A stretch of 56,156 nt of DNA from Tubiluchus corallicola (GCA_030141605.1 JAQGDQ010002419.1:1-56156), one strand, 5' to 3'. Shown: positions 1-8,986, counted from the first letter of the stretch. Numbers and translations: made by a program. Notes: generated by a model from the sequence alone, not told the origin.

Positions 1-299
1 ACATAACCTACACAAGATACTTTTCCCTCTTCGTTTACAAGTAGACGAAACAAAAATTTTTCTTTTTTCCTTTTTTTATATTTATAGGCAAATAAAAGTG
101 TTTCTAATTCCTGATTAATATAGTTAATAGAAGTTTTCAGTTTAGGTAATTGAGTTGGAACCGAAAGTGTTTCTTCCCCTTCTGATAGATGCTTAAGCAA
201 ATTACAATCATTACTATCATTATTAAAATAGTAGTATGTTTTTTGTGAAAAGAGGTTGATGCTATTAGATAATATGAGAATGAGCACTAATTTTTTCAT
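1..299 (-). CDS. Partial (runs off window edge) secreted hypothetical protein, probable orphan immunity protein
   Basis: Read manually: ATG at 299, MKKLVLILILSNSINLFSQKTYYYF...FRLLVNEEGKVSCVGY, open to position 1. Signal-peptide-like N-terminus; lies directly after the orphan toxin remnant. Not in the ORF track. Confidence 0.6.
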   Translation of the reverse strand, partial: MKKLVLILILSNSINLFSQKTYYYFNNDSNDCNLLKHLSEGEETLSVPTQLPKLKTSINYINQELETLLFAYKYKKRKKEKFLFRLLVNEEGKVSCVGY

Positions 300-318
300 T
301 AATTTATAGTTTTTGATT

Positions 319-632
319 TCACCATTTCCATCTATAATTTTAAGAGCATCTGCTGGGTCTATTGAGCTAAATGGACCCACAGAAATATTTATTCCATCAC
401 CAGTAGCGGAAGAGCGTCCCCACCAATCATCTTTTGTAGATGCAGAATTTACATTAACTTCTGTTCCACTAAAACCAGTCACTATATCTTGTAAATTTGC
501 TAACCCTCCAAAGAAATACCCCCGGTTTTGTAGTTTAGAATTCCCCAACTTACCGAAGTATCCTCATTCACCCTGACTGAAATTGTAAGAACCAAAGCCC
601 AAACTCATTGAAAAATCCGTTTGCCCTCCACT
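319..632 (-). pseudogene. Orphan Rhs toxin C-terminal fragment (decayed)
   Basis: Close copy of 3398-3714 in the Rhs gene (SGGQTDFSMSLGFGSYNFSQGE...DALKIIDGNG). Has TGG->TGA stop at 564-566, W->R, and H->R in the WWGHSS motif; truncated before the Cys motif. Confidence 0.85.
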
Positions 633-711
633 ATTAATATCCTAATACACCTGTAATATATAAAATATTAGTAGAAACTCTTATTATACATTGCATATTA
701 TTTTTAATTAT

Positions 712-1227
712 TTATTTGAATTTAATTTCTTTCTCACGTGAAGGAAAAATAATGAATAGACCATCATTACTAATTGTTACTACTATAGCTCCATAAAGAC
801 GCTTATCTGTTATAGCGTTAAATTTTTTTATATTTCTCTTTGAAGGATAAGTAAGTTTTGTCTTTTCCGGTAAAAGCCTATTTACAAAATCTTCATTGGG
901 ACTAATGTAAAATTCTTTGTTCTCTTCTATAATATTTAAGAAACTTCCTTGATAAATAACACCTTTCTTTATAAGGGTGTCTTGTGTTAGATATTTATCC
1001 GATTTTATATAAAAAAGATAATAAACAAAAAAAGTATCATTTGAATGTTCTACAACATAATACGTCGGAAAAAAAGAACGACACTTGACAAAATAATGAC
1101 TTGTATCCGTAAGATATATTTTGTCTATTTCTATATATCTATTGTTTTGGCTAAAACAATCGTATCCAAATAAATGTAAAAAGATAAATAACTTAATAAT
1201 TGATAATAGGTGCTGCATACATTCCAA
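712..1227 (-). CDS. Putative immunity protein, copy 1 (allele A)
   Basis: 171 aa, signal-peptide-like N-terminus, paralogue of the gene overlapping the toxin end; unique C-terminus GAIVVTISNDGLFIIFPSREKEIKFK. Confidence 0.75.
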   Translation of the reverse strand: MECMQHLLSIIKLFIFLHLFGYDCFSQNNRYIEIDKIYLTDTSHYFVKCRSFFPTYYVVEHSNDTFFVYYLFYIKSDKYLTQDTLIKKGVIYQGSFLNIIEENKEFYISPNEDFVNRLLPEKTKLTYPSKRNIKKFNAITDKRLYGAIVVTISNDGLFIIFPSREKEIKFK

Positions 1228-1359
1228 TTTGTCTTGTTAATAATTGAAGATTTAAAAATAATTACCTCCACTATTAATATCCTAATACACCTCTAATATA
1301 TAAAATATTAGTAGAAACTCTTATTATACATTGTATTATTTTTAATTATTTATTTGAAT

Positions 1360-1863
1360 TTAAATACTTTCACGTAAACAATAAATAAAGAATCGACCAT
1401 CATTACTAGTTTTTACTGCTATAGTTCCATAAAGACGCTTATCTGTCATAGCGTTAAATCTTTTTATATTTCTCTTTGAAGGATAAGTAAGTTTTGTCTT
1501 TTCCGGTAAAAAGCTATTTACAAAATCTTCATTGGGACTAATGTAAAATTCTTTGTTCTCTTCTATAATATTTAAGAAACTTCCTTGATAAATAACACCT
1601 TTCTTTATAAGGGTGTCTTGTGTTAGATATTTATCCGATTTTATATAAAAAAGATAATAAACAAAAAAAGTATCATTTGAATGTTCTACAACATAATACG
1701 TCGGAAAAAAAGAACGACACTTGACAAAATAATGACTTGTATCCGTAAGATATATTTTGTCTATTTCTATATATCTATTGTTTTGGCTAAAACAATCGTA
1801 TCCAAATAAATGTAAAAAGATAAATAACTTAATAATTGATAATAGGTGCTGCATACATTCCAA
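1360..1863 (-). CDS. Putative immunity protein, copy 2 (A/B chimera, C-terminal 2-nt deletion)
   Basis: Same as copy 3 except for a 2-nt deletion near 1370 that changes REKVFKFK to RESI*. Confidence 0.72.
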   Translation of the reverse strand: MECMQHLLSIIKLFIFLHLFGYDCFSQNNRYIEIDKIYLTDTSHYFVKCRSFFPTYYVVEHSNDTFFVYYLFYIKSDKYLTQDTLIKKGVIYQGSFLNIIEENKEFYISPNEDFVNSFLPEKTKLTYPSKRNIKRFNAMTDKRLYGTIAVKTSNDGRFFIYCLRESI

Positions 1864-1987
1864 TTTGTCTTGTTAATAATTGAAGATTTAAAAATAATTA
1901 CCTCCACTATTAATATCCTAATACACCTCTAATATATAAAATATTAGTAGAAACTCTTATTATACATTGCATATTATTTTTAATTAT

Positions 1988-2503
1988 TTATTTGAATTTA
2001 AATACTTTCTCACGTAAACAATAAATAAAGAATCGACCATCATTACTAGTTTTTACTGCTATAGTTCCATAAAGACGCTTATCTGTCATAGCGTTAAATC
2101 TTTTTATATTTCTCTTTGAAGGATAAGTAAGTTTTGTCTTTTCCGGTAAAAAGCTATTTACAAAATCTTCATTGGGACTAATGTAAAATTCTTTGTTCTC
2201 TTCTATAATATTTAAGAAACTTCCTTGATAAATAACACCTTTCTTTATAAGGGTGTCTTGTGTTAGATATTTATCCGATTTTATATAAAAAAGATAATAA
2301 ACAAAAAAAGTATCATTTGAATGTTCTACAACATAATACGTCGGAAAAAAAGAACGACACTTGACAAAATAATGACTTGTATCCGTAAGATATATTTTGT
2401 CTATTTCTATATATCTATTGTTTTGGCTAAAACAATCGTATCCAAATAAATGTAAAAAGATAAATAACTTAATAATTGATAATAGGTGCTGCATACATTC
2501 CAA
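1988..2503 (-). CDS. Putative immunity protein, copy 3 (A/B chimera)
   Basis: N-terminal variable patches match copy 1; C-terminal patches match copy 4. Confidence 0.75.
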   Translation of the reverse strand: MECMQHLLSIIKLFIFLHLFGYDCFSQNNRYIEIDKIYLTDTSHYFVKCRSFFPTYYVVEHSNDTFFVYYLFYIKSDKYLTQDTLIKKGVIYQGSFLNIIEENKEFYISPNEDFVNSFLPEKTKLTYPSKRNIKRFNAMTDKRLYGTIAVKTSNDGRFFIYCLREKVFKFK

Positions 2504-2627
2504 TTTGTCTTGTTAATAATTGAAGATTTAAAAATAATTACCTCCACTATTAATATCCTAATACACCTCTAATATATAAAATATTAGTAGAAACTCTTAT
2601 TATACATTGCATATTATTTTTAATTAT

Positions 2628-3143
2628 TTATTTGAATTTAAATACTTTCTGACGTAAACAATAAATAAAGAATCGACCATCATTACTAGTTTTTACTGCT
2701 ATAGTTCCATAAAGACGCTTATCTGTCATAGCGTTAAATCTTTTTATATTTCTCTTTGAAGGATAAGTAAGTTTTGTCTTTTCCGGTAAAAAGCTATTTA
2801 CAAAATCTTCATTAGGACTAATGTAAAATTCTTTGTTCTCTTCTATAATATTTAAGAAACTTCCTTGATAAATAACACCTTTCTTTATAAGGGTGTCTTG
2901 TGTTAGATATTTATCCCAAAATAAATTATAAAAATAATAAACAAAAAAAGTATCATTTGAATGTTCTACAACATAATACCTTGGAAAAAGCATAGGACAC
3001 TTGACAAAATAATGACTTGTATCCGTAAGATATATTTTGTCTATTTCTATATATCTATTGTTTTGGCTAAAACAATCGTATCCAAATAAATGTAAAAAGA
3101 TAAATAACTTAATAATTGATAATAGGTGCTGCATACATTCCAA
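2628..3143 (-). CDS. Putative cognate immunity protein, copy 4 (allele B)
   Basis: Overlaps the 3' end of the Rhs toxin gene, the usual toxin-immunity coupling; unique patches CPMLFPRY and YFYNLFWDK. True start may be the ATG at 3134. Confidence 0.8.
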   Translation of the reverse strand: MECMQHLLSIIKLFIFLHLFGYDCFSQNNRYIEIDKIYLTDTSHYFVKCPMLFPRYYVVEHSNDTFFVYYFYNLFWDKYLTQDTLIKKGVIYQGSFLNIIEENKEFYISPNEDFVNSFLPEKTKLTYPSKRNIKRFNAMTDKRLYGTIAVKTSNDGRFFIYCLRQKVFKFK

Positions 3144-6100
3144 TTTGTCTTGTTAATAATTGAAGGTTTAAAATATGGGGATGAAGATTAAGGGGAAGTG
3201 TTGGTACTCCTACTGACCATAATGACCTTGAAACGTGATTAACACAACTAAATCCCAGTGCATTCCATTTTAATTCACCAACACCCCATAATCCATCTCC
3301 TAATTGTATATTATTAGTCATTTTCTGCATCATTTTAGAATTGACGTTTTGTAATTTTATCACCCAAGTTCCATCATTATTTGGAAAGTTAGGATAATCA
3401 CCATTTCCATCTATAATTTTAAGAGCATCTGATGGGCTCTCTATTGGGGAAGCTGGACCCACAGAAATATTTATTCCATCACCAGTAGCGGAAGAGTGTC
3501 CCCACCAATCATCTTCTGTAGATTCAGAATTTACATTAACTTCTGTTCCACTAAAACCAGTCACCATATCTTGTAAATTTGTTAACCCTCCAAAGAAATA
3601 CCCCCAGTTTTGTAGTTTAGAATTCCCCGACTTACCGAAGTATCCCCATTCACCCTGACTGAAATTGTAAGAACCAAAGCCCAAACTCATTGAAAAATCC
3701 GTTTGCCCTCCACTCAACAAATGATTACCTCCACTATTTATGCTAGAACCACCCGCAATAGCCAAAGTATTCGCAAAAGGAATGCCACTACCTGCTATAG
3801 CTGCTCCTGTCACCGCACTTGCTCCTCCTATTATATACCCAAACATTTCCCAACCTTTAGCATCATTAGCCTCTCCTATCTTGTAGCCACTATATCCTCC
3901 TATTATTGCTCCTACAACGGCTGCTGCTAAAAATATCCACTCCCCATCAGGATCTACAAACATCATAGGGCTATTGCCCATAGCTTGGTAAGGTGAGTGC
4001 ATCTGCAAAGCAGGATCTACTGCAAACCACCTTCCCAAATTAGCATCGTACTGTCGTGCGTGAAAATCGTGCAAGTTAATATTAAAATACTCCAAATGCT
4101 CCTTGCCCGTGTAGAGGTATTGGCTTTTTACATTATCAGGTAGTTCATTTCTACTTAGTTTCTCTATCGTTTGTCCATAAGGGTAGTAAGCCGTTTCTTG
4201 TAGCACCTCGCCCTTGTTGTCAGCAACTACTCGTGTATGCCCCAAGTGGTCGGTGAGTAACACTGCCTTTGTGTCCTCTTCCTCACCCTTCAAGGTATAG
4301 CCTAAAGGGTTACTCACAAGTACAAGCGTATCATTAATATACAGATACGCACCTTGATAATCGTATTTTAGCAAGAGGCTATCGTTTTTGTTAAATATCT
4401 CACGTCTTAAAAGTGAGCCATCCGCTATGTAGGTGTTTACTATCTTTCCTTTGCCTACTACCTCCATTGTATCAGGTAGGTTGATGTCGTTGTAGCTAAT
4501 ACGTAGTCCCTTGTAGCTATCCTCCACCAAGTTACCCAACTCATCATAAGTATAAGTGCCTAGCACTTCTTCGGGTGTTTGGTCTTTTTCATCGTGCGTT
4601 CTGCGTAGGTTCTCTTGTATGGCAAGGGTGTCTTTTAGGTCTATAATGCCGTCACCATCCGCATCCATATAGCTAAACTGTGGGGTACTGGTAATAGTTG
4701 TGTAGGGCTTCCACTCCGTGCCTTGCTCATCTTCGTCCCTTGGGGTGGCTGTGCTTCCATAGTGCAAGCCCAATGGCAATATGTCGGCTGGCTCTACTAA
4801 GCCGCTATTGTCCATATCACCCGGATATACTGTTATCTTTTGCAGGCTTTTACGGTGTAGAGTGGTGAGTTGGTTGCCCGTGTATTCATACTCCAAATCA
4901 TCCAAGTCGCCATACACTTCATTACGTAGATGTCCCTTGCGGTGTAGGGTAGTAATGTTCCCGTGTTTGTCGTAAGAGTAAGCTGTGTTGTAAGTGTTCT
5001 CCTCTTTTGTGTCTTGGTAGTAGATAGCTCTTGTCAGTTGGTTAGCATCGTCATAAGAGAAGGCATAGCCTGATAGGGGTGTGTTTTTGGTCTTCCACTC
5101 CATAGCTGTAATGTTGCCGTTGTACATAGGGGTGTTGCTCATATACTCGTGAGGCTCGTCATACTCTATCCTTTCGTAAAAAAGCTGTTCGTTTTTGTCG
5201 TTGTTAGTTTCTATTTGGGTAAGGCGGTAGTGGAAGTCGTAATGGTAGTTTGTTCTTATTTGTCCTTCATACAGTCGTTCATAGCTTTTGTTGCCTTTTT
5301 CATCGTAGCGGTAATAGGCTATTTCATAGGTGTTTTTGTCTCCCTGCTCTTGGTAGTGGATGGATTTCAACATGTCGTTGTGGTAGTATTGGTAATCCTT
5401 ACGTGCAAAGTGTTGCTTGTCAAAGTCTAAGAAGTTTTTGTAGGTAAATAGTTGTCTTACTCTGCCATCGAAATGGTAGTTGGTAAATACTGCGTCTATT
5501 CCGCCTATGTTGTTGGAGGAGAAGGATTGTACTACTCTGTTGTATTTGTCGTAGTATATTACGCTTTCTATCCATTGGTCGGTGCCAAGTATGCGGGTTC
5601 GTGTGCCTGTTACTTGTGTCTTTACGTTGTGATAGGGCTTGCCAAGGGGTTCGTAGGGTGGTGCTGACTGTGCAAAGGGGAAGTCGTAGTCGTCGTAGTG
5701 GGTTTCTGATAGGGGTATCTTTTTTCCGTCTTTTTTTATGCCTGTGGCTATTACGCGGCTGTAGCGGTCGTAGTCTATGTAGGAGGTGTTGCCTTCTGTG
5801 TCTTCTTCTTCTATCAGTCTGTCTAAGTGGTCGTAGCTAAGGTGTATGGTACCTGCTTGTGGTATGTGTTTGCGGATAAGGCGTCCTTTTTTGTCGTGGA
5901 TGAATTGATAGACGTAATGGTGATTGTTGATATCTCCTTTGGATAGTGGGGGGAGTATGGCGGTAAGGTTGCCATAGTGAAAGTCGTAGTAGTAGAGTGT
6001 GGTTAGGGTTTCTTTGTTTATCTGGCTTTCTCTTTTGAATAGTTGACCTTTGTATGAGGTGTATGTGGTGTGTTGTATGCCTTGAGGGTCGGTGGTACTG

Positions 6101-6663
6101 ACTATGCTTATGTAGCCGGGGGGGTATTTTTTGTCTTCGTATTTTTCGGTGAATGCGTCATATTCTTTGTGTAGGAAGATGTCGGTGTTGGCGTAGCGTT
6201 CAATTTTGGTAGTGTGGTTTGTGCCTATTTGGTATTTCTGTCCAAAGCCACCTTGTTCTATTACTTGACCGCGTGGGTTGAATATGCTTTGTGCGCTGGG
6301 TATGTCTGTGTGGGCTTGGTTTAGTATGTTTTCCCAGTTGTGTAGGTAGTCGCCTTTGATGTTGAGTTGCATTGGCATATAGCTAAAGGGTTGTCTGCCT
6401 GCTATGTCGTATTTATGAAATTCTATGTGGTCGTTTTGGTAGATGGAGGCGTTCAGGTGGTTGGTTTGTAGGGGGCGGTCGGCTCCATCGGTGTAGATAA
6501 TGGTGGTTGAGGCTGCTGCTGGGTTGGTGGTATTGCTTAGCTCATAGGCACTCATCCCTGATACTTTTGCTCGTTTTATGCGCACGTAGTTTTGGTCTCG
6601 GCTCTGCGGGTACAGAACGCTGCACAAGTGCAGAAAGGCCAAGAGTAAAGCAATGGGTCTCAT
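3109..6663 (-). CDS. Rhs-repeat core toxin (DUF6443-like N-terminus, YD repeats, dockerin-like insert, His/Cys toxin tip)
   Basis: Signal peptide; YxDGxxRPLQ N-terminal motif; YNGNI motif; core motifs LTDHLGHTRVV, YYPYG, YLYTGKE, ARQYDANLGRWFAVDP and PYQAMGNSPMMFVDPDG cleavage signature; Gly/Ala-rich hydrophobic segment followed by a variable C-terminus. Confidence 0.93.
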   Translation of the reverse strand: MRPIALLLAFLHLCSVLYPQSRDQNYVRIKRAKVSGMSAYELSNTTNPAAASTTIIYTDGADRPLQTNHLNASIYQNDHIEFHKYDIAGRQPFSYMPMQLNIKGDYLHNWENILNQAHTDIPSAQSIFNPRGQVIEQGGFGQKYQIGTNHTTKIERYANTDIFLHKEYDAFTEKYEDKKYPPGYISIVSTTDPQGIQHTTYTSYKGQLFKRESQINKETLTTLYYYDFHYGNLTAILPPLSKGDINNHHYVYQFIHDKKGRLIRKHIPQAGTIHLSYDHLDRLIEEEDTEGNTSYIDYDRYSRVIATGIKKDGKKIPLSETHYDDYDFPFAQSAPPYEPLGKPYHNVKTQVTGTRTRILGTDQWIESVIYYDKYNRVVQSFSSNNIGGIDAVFTNYHFDGRVRQLFTYKNFLDFDKQHFARKDYQYYHNDMLKSIHYQEQGDKNTYEIAYYRYDEKGNKSYERLYEGQIRTNYHYDFHYRLTQIETNNDKNEQLFYERIEYDEPHEYMSNTPMYNGNITAMEWKTKNTPLSGYAFSYDDANQLTRAIYYQDTKEENTYNTAYSYDKHGNITTLHRKGHLRNEVYGDLDDLEYEYTGNQLTTLHRKSLQKITVYPGDMDNSGLVEPADILPLGLHYGSTATPRDEDEQGTEWKPYTTITSTPQFSYMDADGDGIIDLKDTLAIQENLRRTHDEKDQTPEEVLGTYTYDELGNLVEDSYKGLRISYNDINLPDTMEVVGKGKIVNTYIADGSLLRREIFNKNDSLLLKYDYQGAYLYINDTLVLVSNPLGYTLKGEEEDTKAVLLTDHLGHTRVVADNKGEVLQETAYYPYGQTIEKLSRNELPDNVKSQYLYTGKEHLEYFNINLHDFHARQYDANLGRWFAVDPALQMHSPYQAMGNSPMMFVDPDGEWIFLAAAVVGAIIGGYSGYKIGEANDAKGWEMFGYIIGGASAVTGAAIAGSGIPFANTLAIAGGSSINSGGNHLLSGGQTDFSMSLGFGSYNFSQGEWGYFGKSGNSKLQNWGYFFGGLTNLQDMVTGFSGTEVNVNSESTEDDWWGHSSATGDGINISVGPASPIESPSDALKIIDGNGDYPNFPNNDGTWVIKLQNVNSKMMQKMTNNIQLGDGLWGVGELKWNALGFSCVNHVSRSLWSVGVPTLPLNLHPHILNLQLLTRQIGMYAAPIINY
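4593..4836 (-). other. Dockerin-like domain inserted in the Rhs core
   Basis: VYPGDMDNSGLVEPADILPLGLHYG...YMDADGDGIIDLKDTLAIQENL: two DxDxxGxxxxxD Ca-binding loops each followed by a helix, between the conserved GNQL and YTYDxxGN core motifs. Confidence 0.75.
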
Positions 6664-6679
6664 CTCTTTTATTGTTTGT

Positions 6680-8947
6680 TTATTTAACTCTCATTATAAA
6701 GGCTAATACGTAGTAGGGAGGTATAATATCAAAATTATCAGTAGTTACTTTGTCTGCTGGCGATTTTAACCCGTCCTCTCCTCCATTGCTTACTCTACCA
6801 CTAAAAGAACTATTCGGGTGGGTGTGTCTATCTTCATTATTCTCAGATGTAGTAGTAGCATCTCTGGTTTCATGAACTCCTCTATCAGAGCTCCTGCTAC
6901 CTCCTGTCTTTCTATTAGATGGAGTGGATTCATAAGTATGTGTATGACTCCCTGAAGAGGTTATATGTATACTTGCGTCATTGCCTCTTACAGAATGATG
7001 ATGTTTAGGAATATGATTCTTAGATAATCTAAATGTAGCTGTAGAGCTACTGCTGCCTCCTTCTGCATTCACATTGTTATAATCACCACTGGCAGCATCA
7101 TACGCCACAATAAACCTACCACTTAAGTTGGGGGTCGTTATGAGTGAACCATTAATATCCGTGTCTGTTCTACCATCACACAAAGCCCACCCATCAGGTA
7201 TAGTATTAGGGTCTCCGCTCCACATTATAATGCCTCCTATGGGTATGGTGCCGTAGCCTACAAATTGTCCTTGTGTTTCAATATTGTCTTCTGCTATTAT
7301 TTTGCCTTCTGTGGCAATATCATTGGCAGTTTGTATGCTTTCTACAAAAAGGGTATCTACTTCTACATTGGAAGATATTACTCCATCTACCCTTACTACT
7401 TCACTTACTATTAATGTATCAGCAATAATGCTACTTGTTTCTAAGTTTTCTACTTTCACATAGTTTTGTTCAAAGTCGCCCTCTATGAGTGTGTTGGTTC
7501 CACTGCCTATCATTAGTTTGTTGCTTTCGTTATTTAGGTTCTGCCCTACTTTGTTACCTATTACTATGTTGTTGTAGCCATTGTTCCCTTGTGCTGCTTT
7601 GTCTCCTATGTATATATTGCTACCACCTGTTGTATTGCTTTTGCCTGCTTCGTTGCCAATAAACACATTGCCACTAGCCGACAAGCTATTTAGCCCTGCA
7701 CGGTAGCCTATAGCTATGTTGTCATTGTTGGAAGTAGCATCTGGGTTTATACCTTGCAGTGCCTCTGTGCCAATAACTACATTTCGCTCTCCACTGCTTT
7801 TTTCGGCTGCTTTGCTACCTATCACCACACTATAATTGTTTGCTCCTTCTCGACTAGCGTATTTTCCTATGACTACTGCACCTGTGCTGTTTTTTGCTTT
7901 GGATGCTTTACTACCTACAATTACATTATCAGAGGATAGTGTATATTTCCCTGCCTCGTCGCCTACAATTACATTGTGTGAGCCAGCGGAATTTAATTGC
8001 CCTGCCTCTGTACCTATCATTACATTAGAGGTAGAGGCTTGTGTGGTGTTTTGTCCTGCTCTTTTACCTACAAAGGTGTTGCGTTCGCCTTGTTCTCCAC
8101 TGTTAATCTTTTCTGAGCCTATCAATACGTTGGTAGTATCTATCTCTATACTGCCTGCTATCATATCTTCTAAGGCTTGATTGTTGAGACGGTAAGGCTC
8201 GTTCCACGCTCCATAAGTAGTATCGCCATTTATATCTATTTCTATAAGGCGCAACTTTGCCCATAGGTCGCCTTCCTTTCGTTCTAAGGTCCAATTAGAA
8301 GTAGCCGCACTATCAGGAGCATACATCTTTTCAACTGAGCAAGGGTCTATGGTTACCTCCAATTTACCATCCACTATTTGCAGTGTATTACCCAATACTA
8401 CGCCTCCTCTGGTGCTATGGCTAGCAATAGGTAGTTCATAATAGTTGGCATTGTTTTCTACCGAAAGTAGTTTGGCCAACAAACTATCAGCAAAGTTATT
8501 GTCCGAGTATGTAGCACGATGCTCTATGCCTAGTAGCTTTTGATAGAGGCTATCTATAAAGTTATGCTCAGTGTAGTTCAGACTGTCTAACTTGATTTTA
8601 AGAACGTAAGTAAAATTTTCTTCGGAGTACTTAATACTGTCTAACTTTTCTTTGTGAGAAGTTGTGAAGTTGTGGTCGGTTTGTGAGGTGGCTCTTAGGT
8701 AGATAACACCTTCGCCTTGTTGCCCTTGATAGATTTCTAATCCATCCTCGCCTTCTGCTTTTATCTCATAATTGTAGGTAGCATTGATAAGGTCTTTAAA
8801 ATCCTGTCCATTGGGTTTACTACCATCTTGAAACTTGGAGTGTAATTCACTGGGGGTTTTTCTCTCTATTTGAGAATAAGCAGTGGTGTTAAGGAACACA
8901 AAAGCAATAGCAACTGCAAAAAATTTCACTGTATTTTTCATTATCAA
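6680..8947 (-). CDS. Secreted tail-fibre-like / trimeric adhesin protein with phage tail-collar-like C-terminus
   Basis: Signal peptide; N-terminal ELHSKFQDGSKPNGQDFKDLIN; four NF..KL repeats ending ANYYELPIASHSTRGGV; about 14 YadA-head-like NxxIGxxAG repeats; collar motif IPIGGIIMWSG..IPDGWALCDG..TPNLSGRFIV and terminal PPYYVLAFIMRV. Confidence 0.8.
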   Translation of the reverse strand: MIMKNTVKFFAVAIAFVFLNTTAYSQIERKTPSELHSKFQDGSKPNGQDFKDLINATYNYEIKAEGEDGLEIYQGQQGEGVIYLRATSQTDHNFTTSHKEKLDSIKYSEENFTYVLKIKLDSLNYTEHNFIDSLYQKLLGIEHRATYSDNNFADSLLAKLLSVENNANYYELPIASHSTRGGVVLGNTLQIVDGKLEVTIDPCSVEKMYAPDSAATSNWTLERKEGDLWAKLRLIEIDINGDTTYGAWNEPYRLNNQALEDMIAGSIEIDTTNVLIGSEKINSGEQGERNTFVGKRAGQNTTQASTSNVMIGTEAGQLNSAGSHNVIVGDEAGKYTLSSDNVIVGSKASKAKNSTGAVVIGKYASREGANNYSVVIGSKAAEKSSGERNVVIGTEALQGINPDATSNNDNIAIGYRAGLNSLSASGNVFIGNEAGKSNTTGGSNIYIGDKAAQGNNGYNNIVIGNKVGQNLNNESNKLMIGSGTNTLIEGDFEQNYVKVENLETSSIIADTLIVSEVVRVDGVISSNVEVDTLFVESIQTANDIATEGKIIAEDNIETQGQFVGYGTIPIGGIIMWSGDPNTIPDGWALCDGRTDTDINGSLITTPNLSGRFIVAYDAASGDYNNVNAEGGSSSSTATFRLSKNHIPKHHHSVRGNDASIHITSSGSHTHTYESTPSNRKTGGSRSSDRGVHETRDATTTSENNEDRHTHPNSSFSGRVSNGGEDGLKSPADKVTTDNFDIIPPYYVLAFIMRVK

Positions 8948-8986
8948 ATTCTGTTTTATTGGTGTATATTTATATTTTTTTCATTT

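Larger units (their letters stand above)
625..3173. repeat. Tandem array of four ~640-bp units (starts 625, 1265, 1901, 2541), each carrying one immunity-like gene
   Basis: Unit start cctccactattaatatcctaatacacc recurs at spacings of 640/636/640 bp; units are near-identical. Confidence 0.97.

Noticed and set aside
313-576. 87-aa plus-strand ORF
   Set aside because: It is the antisense shadow of the orphan toxin remnant.
625-3173. Diversity-generating retroelement as the source of immunity variants
   Set aside because: Differences are not adenine-specific (e.g. CCT ATG CTT versus CGT TCT TTT), and no reverse transcriptase is in the window.
625-3173. CRISPR array or integron cassette array
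   Set aside because: Units are whole 640-bp gene duplications with no unique spacers, attC-like hairpins, cas or integrase genes.
3109-6663. T6SS-delivered Rhs effector
   Set aside because: No PAAR, VgrG, Hcp or chaperone gene, and the protein has an N-terminal signal peptide.
6680-8947. Prophage, tailocin or eCIS locus
   Set aside because: Only a lone fibre-like gene is present; no sheath, tube, baseplate, capsid or integrase genes in the window.
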